A stretch of 63,444 nt of DNA, the filler included, from Callorhinchus milii (taxonomy: Eukaryota): assembly GCF_018977255.1 (NCBI RefSeq). It is 16 parts of 12 records of this genome, joined end to end, with 100 filler letters (N's around TTAATTAATTAA, not from the genome) between each part and the next. Parts side by side here need not be neighbours in the genome. Positions count along the whole stretch, not along the records: positions 57,080 to 63,444 come from NW_024704781.1; 15 more parts are not named here. One strand, 5' to 3'. The position numbers were made by a program, and so were the translations under genes. Of this stretch, positions 63,101-63,444 are shown in pieces. The notes under the pieces are model-generated. The model saw only the letters and a list, made by a program, of their open reading frames with translations, made no database searches and had not been told where the DNA came from. Position 1 is the stretch's first letter; every line of letters begins with the position of its first letter.

Positions 63101-63241
63101 TGTGTCTCGGGGCCGATCCCGTCGTCGAGACCTCTCAAAGCGCTTCACGGGACACACTAGAAAATGTAGTGACTGTGTTTTGGGGCAAAACGCGGCAGCC
63201 GATCGCTCCCCGCGCCGGACCCACAGACACAGTCAGACAGC

Positions 63242-63273
<32 letters not shown>

Positions 63274-63293
63274 GAGGGACATAGAGAGAGACG

Positions 63294-63325
<32 letters not shown>

Positions 63326-63444
63326 GAGACAGAGAGAGAGGGGACATAGTGAGAGACGGAGAGAGAGAGAGAGAGAGACAGAGAGAGACAGAGAGAGAGA
63401 GGGACAGAGAGAGAGAGAGAGAGAGAGAGATGCACACACACGTA

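Overview
Eukaryotic (vertebrate) genomic DNA, not one continuous locus. It is 16 contigs joined by 15 identical artificial 100-nt spacers (44 N + TTAATTAATTAA + 44 N), so nothing can be linked across spacers. Thirteen contigs are ~1-1.6 kb simple or compound microsatellites whose long ORFs are spurious. Three contigs are informative. (1) 13384-29967: a ~13 kb pyrimidine-rich hierarchical satellite, then SINEs, a CR1 endonuclease fragment, a possible promoter with small exons and a diverged ~1.4 kb repeat. (2) 34491-56979: two near-identical ~10.8 kb tandem cassettes. Each carries a solo LTR with an internal 39-bp VNTR, a second VNTR, a motif-dense CpG island, a G-quadruplex VNTR, an internally deleted TRIM relic and an intact 6-exon RING/B-box/coiled-coil/PRY-SPRY TRIM gene. 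The two TRIM genes differ mainly in a ~170-nt patch of the SPRY domain. (3) 57080-63444: old CR1/L2/SINE fragments, two inverted 42-bp minisatellite arrays and one or two orphan minus-strand exons. The SINE and TRIM types suggest a cartilaginous fish, probably elephant shark or a relative (inference from recalled repeat consensus, not a database search). I see no wholly new system. The best lead is the amplifying, SPRY-diversifying TRIM cassette with its LTR/VNTR/CpG-island upstream region.
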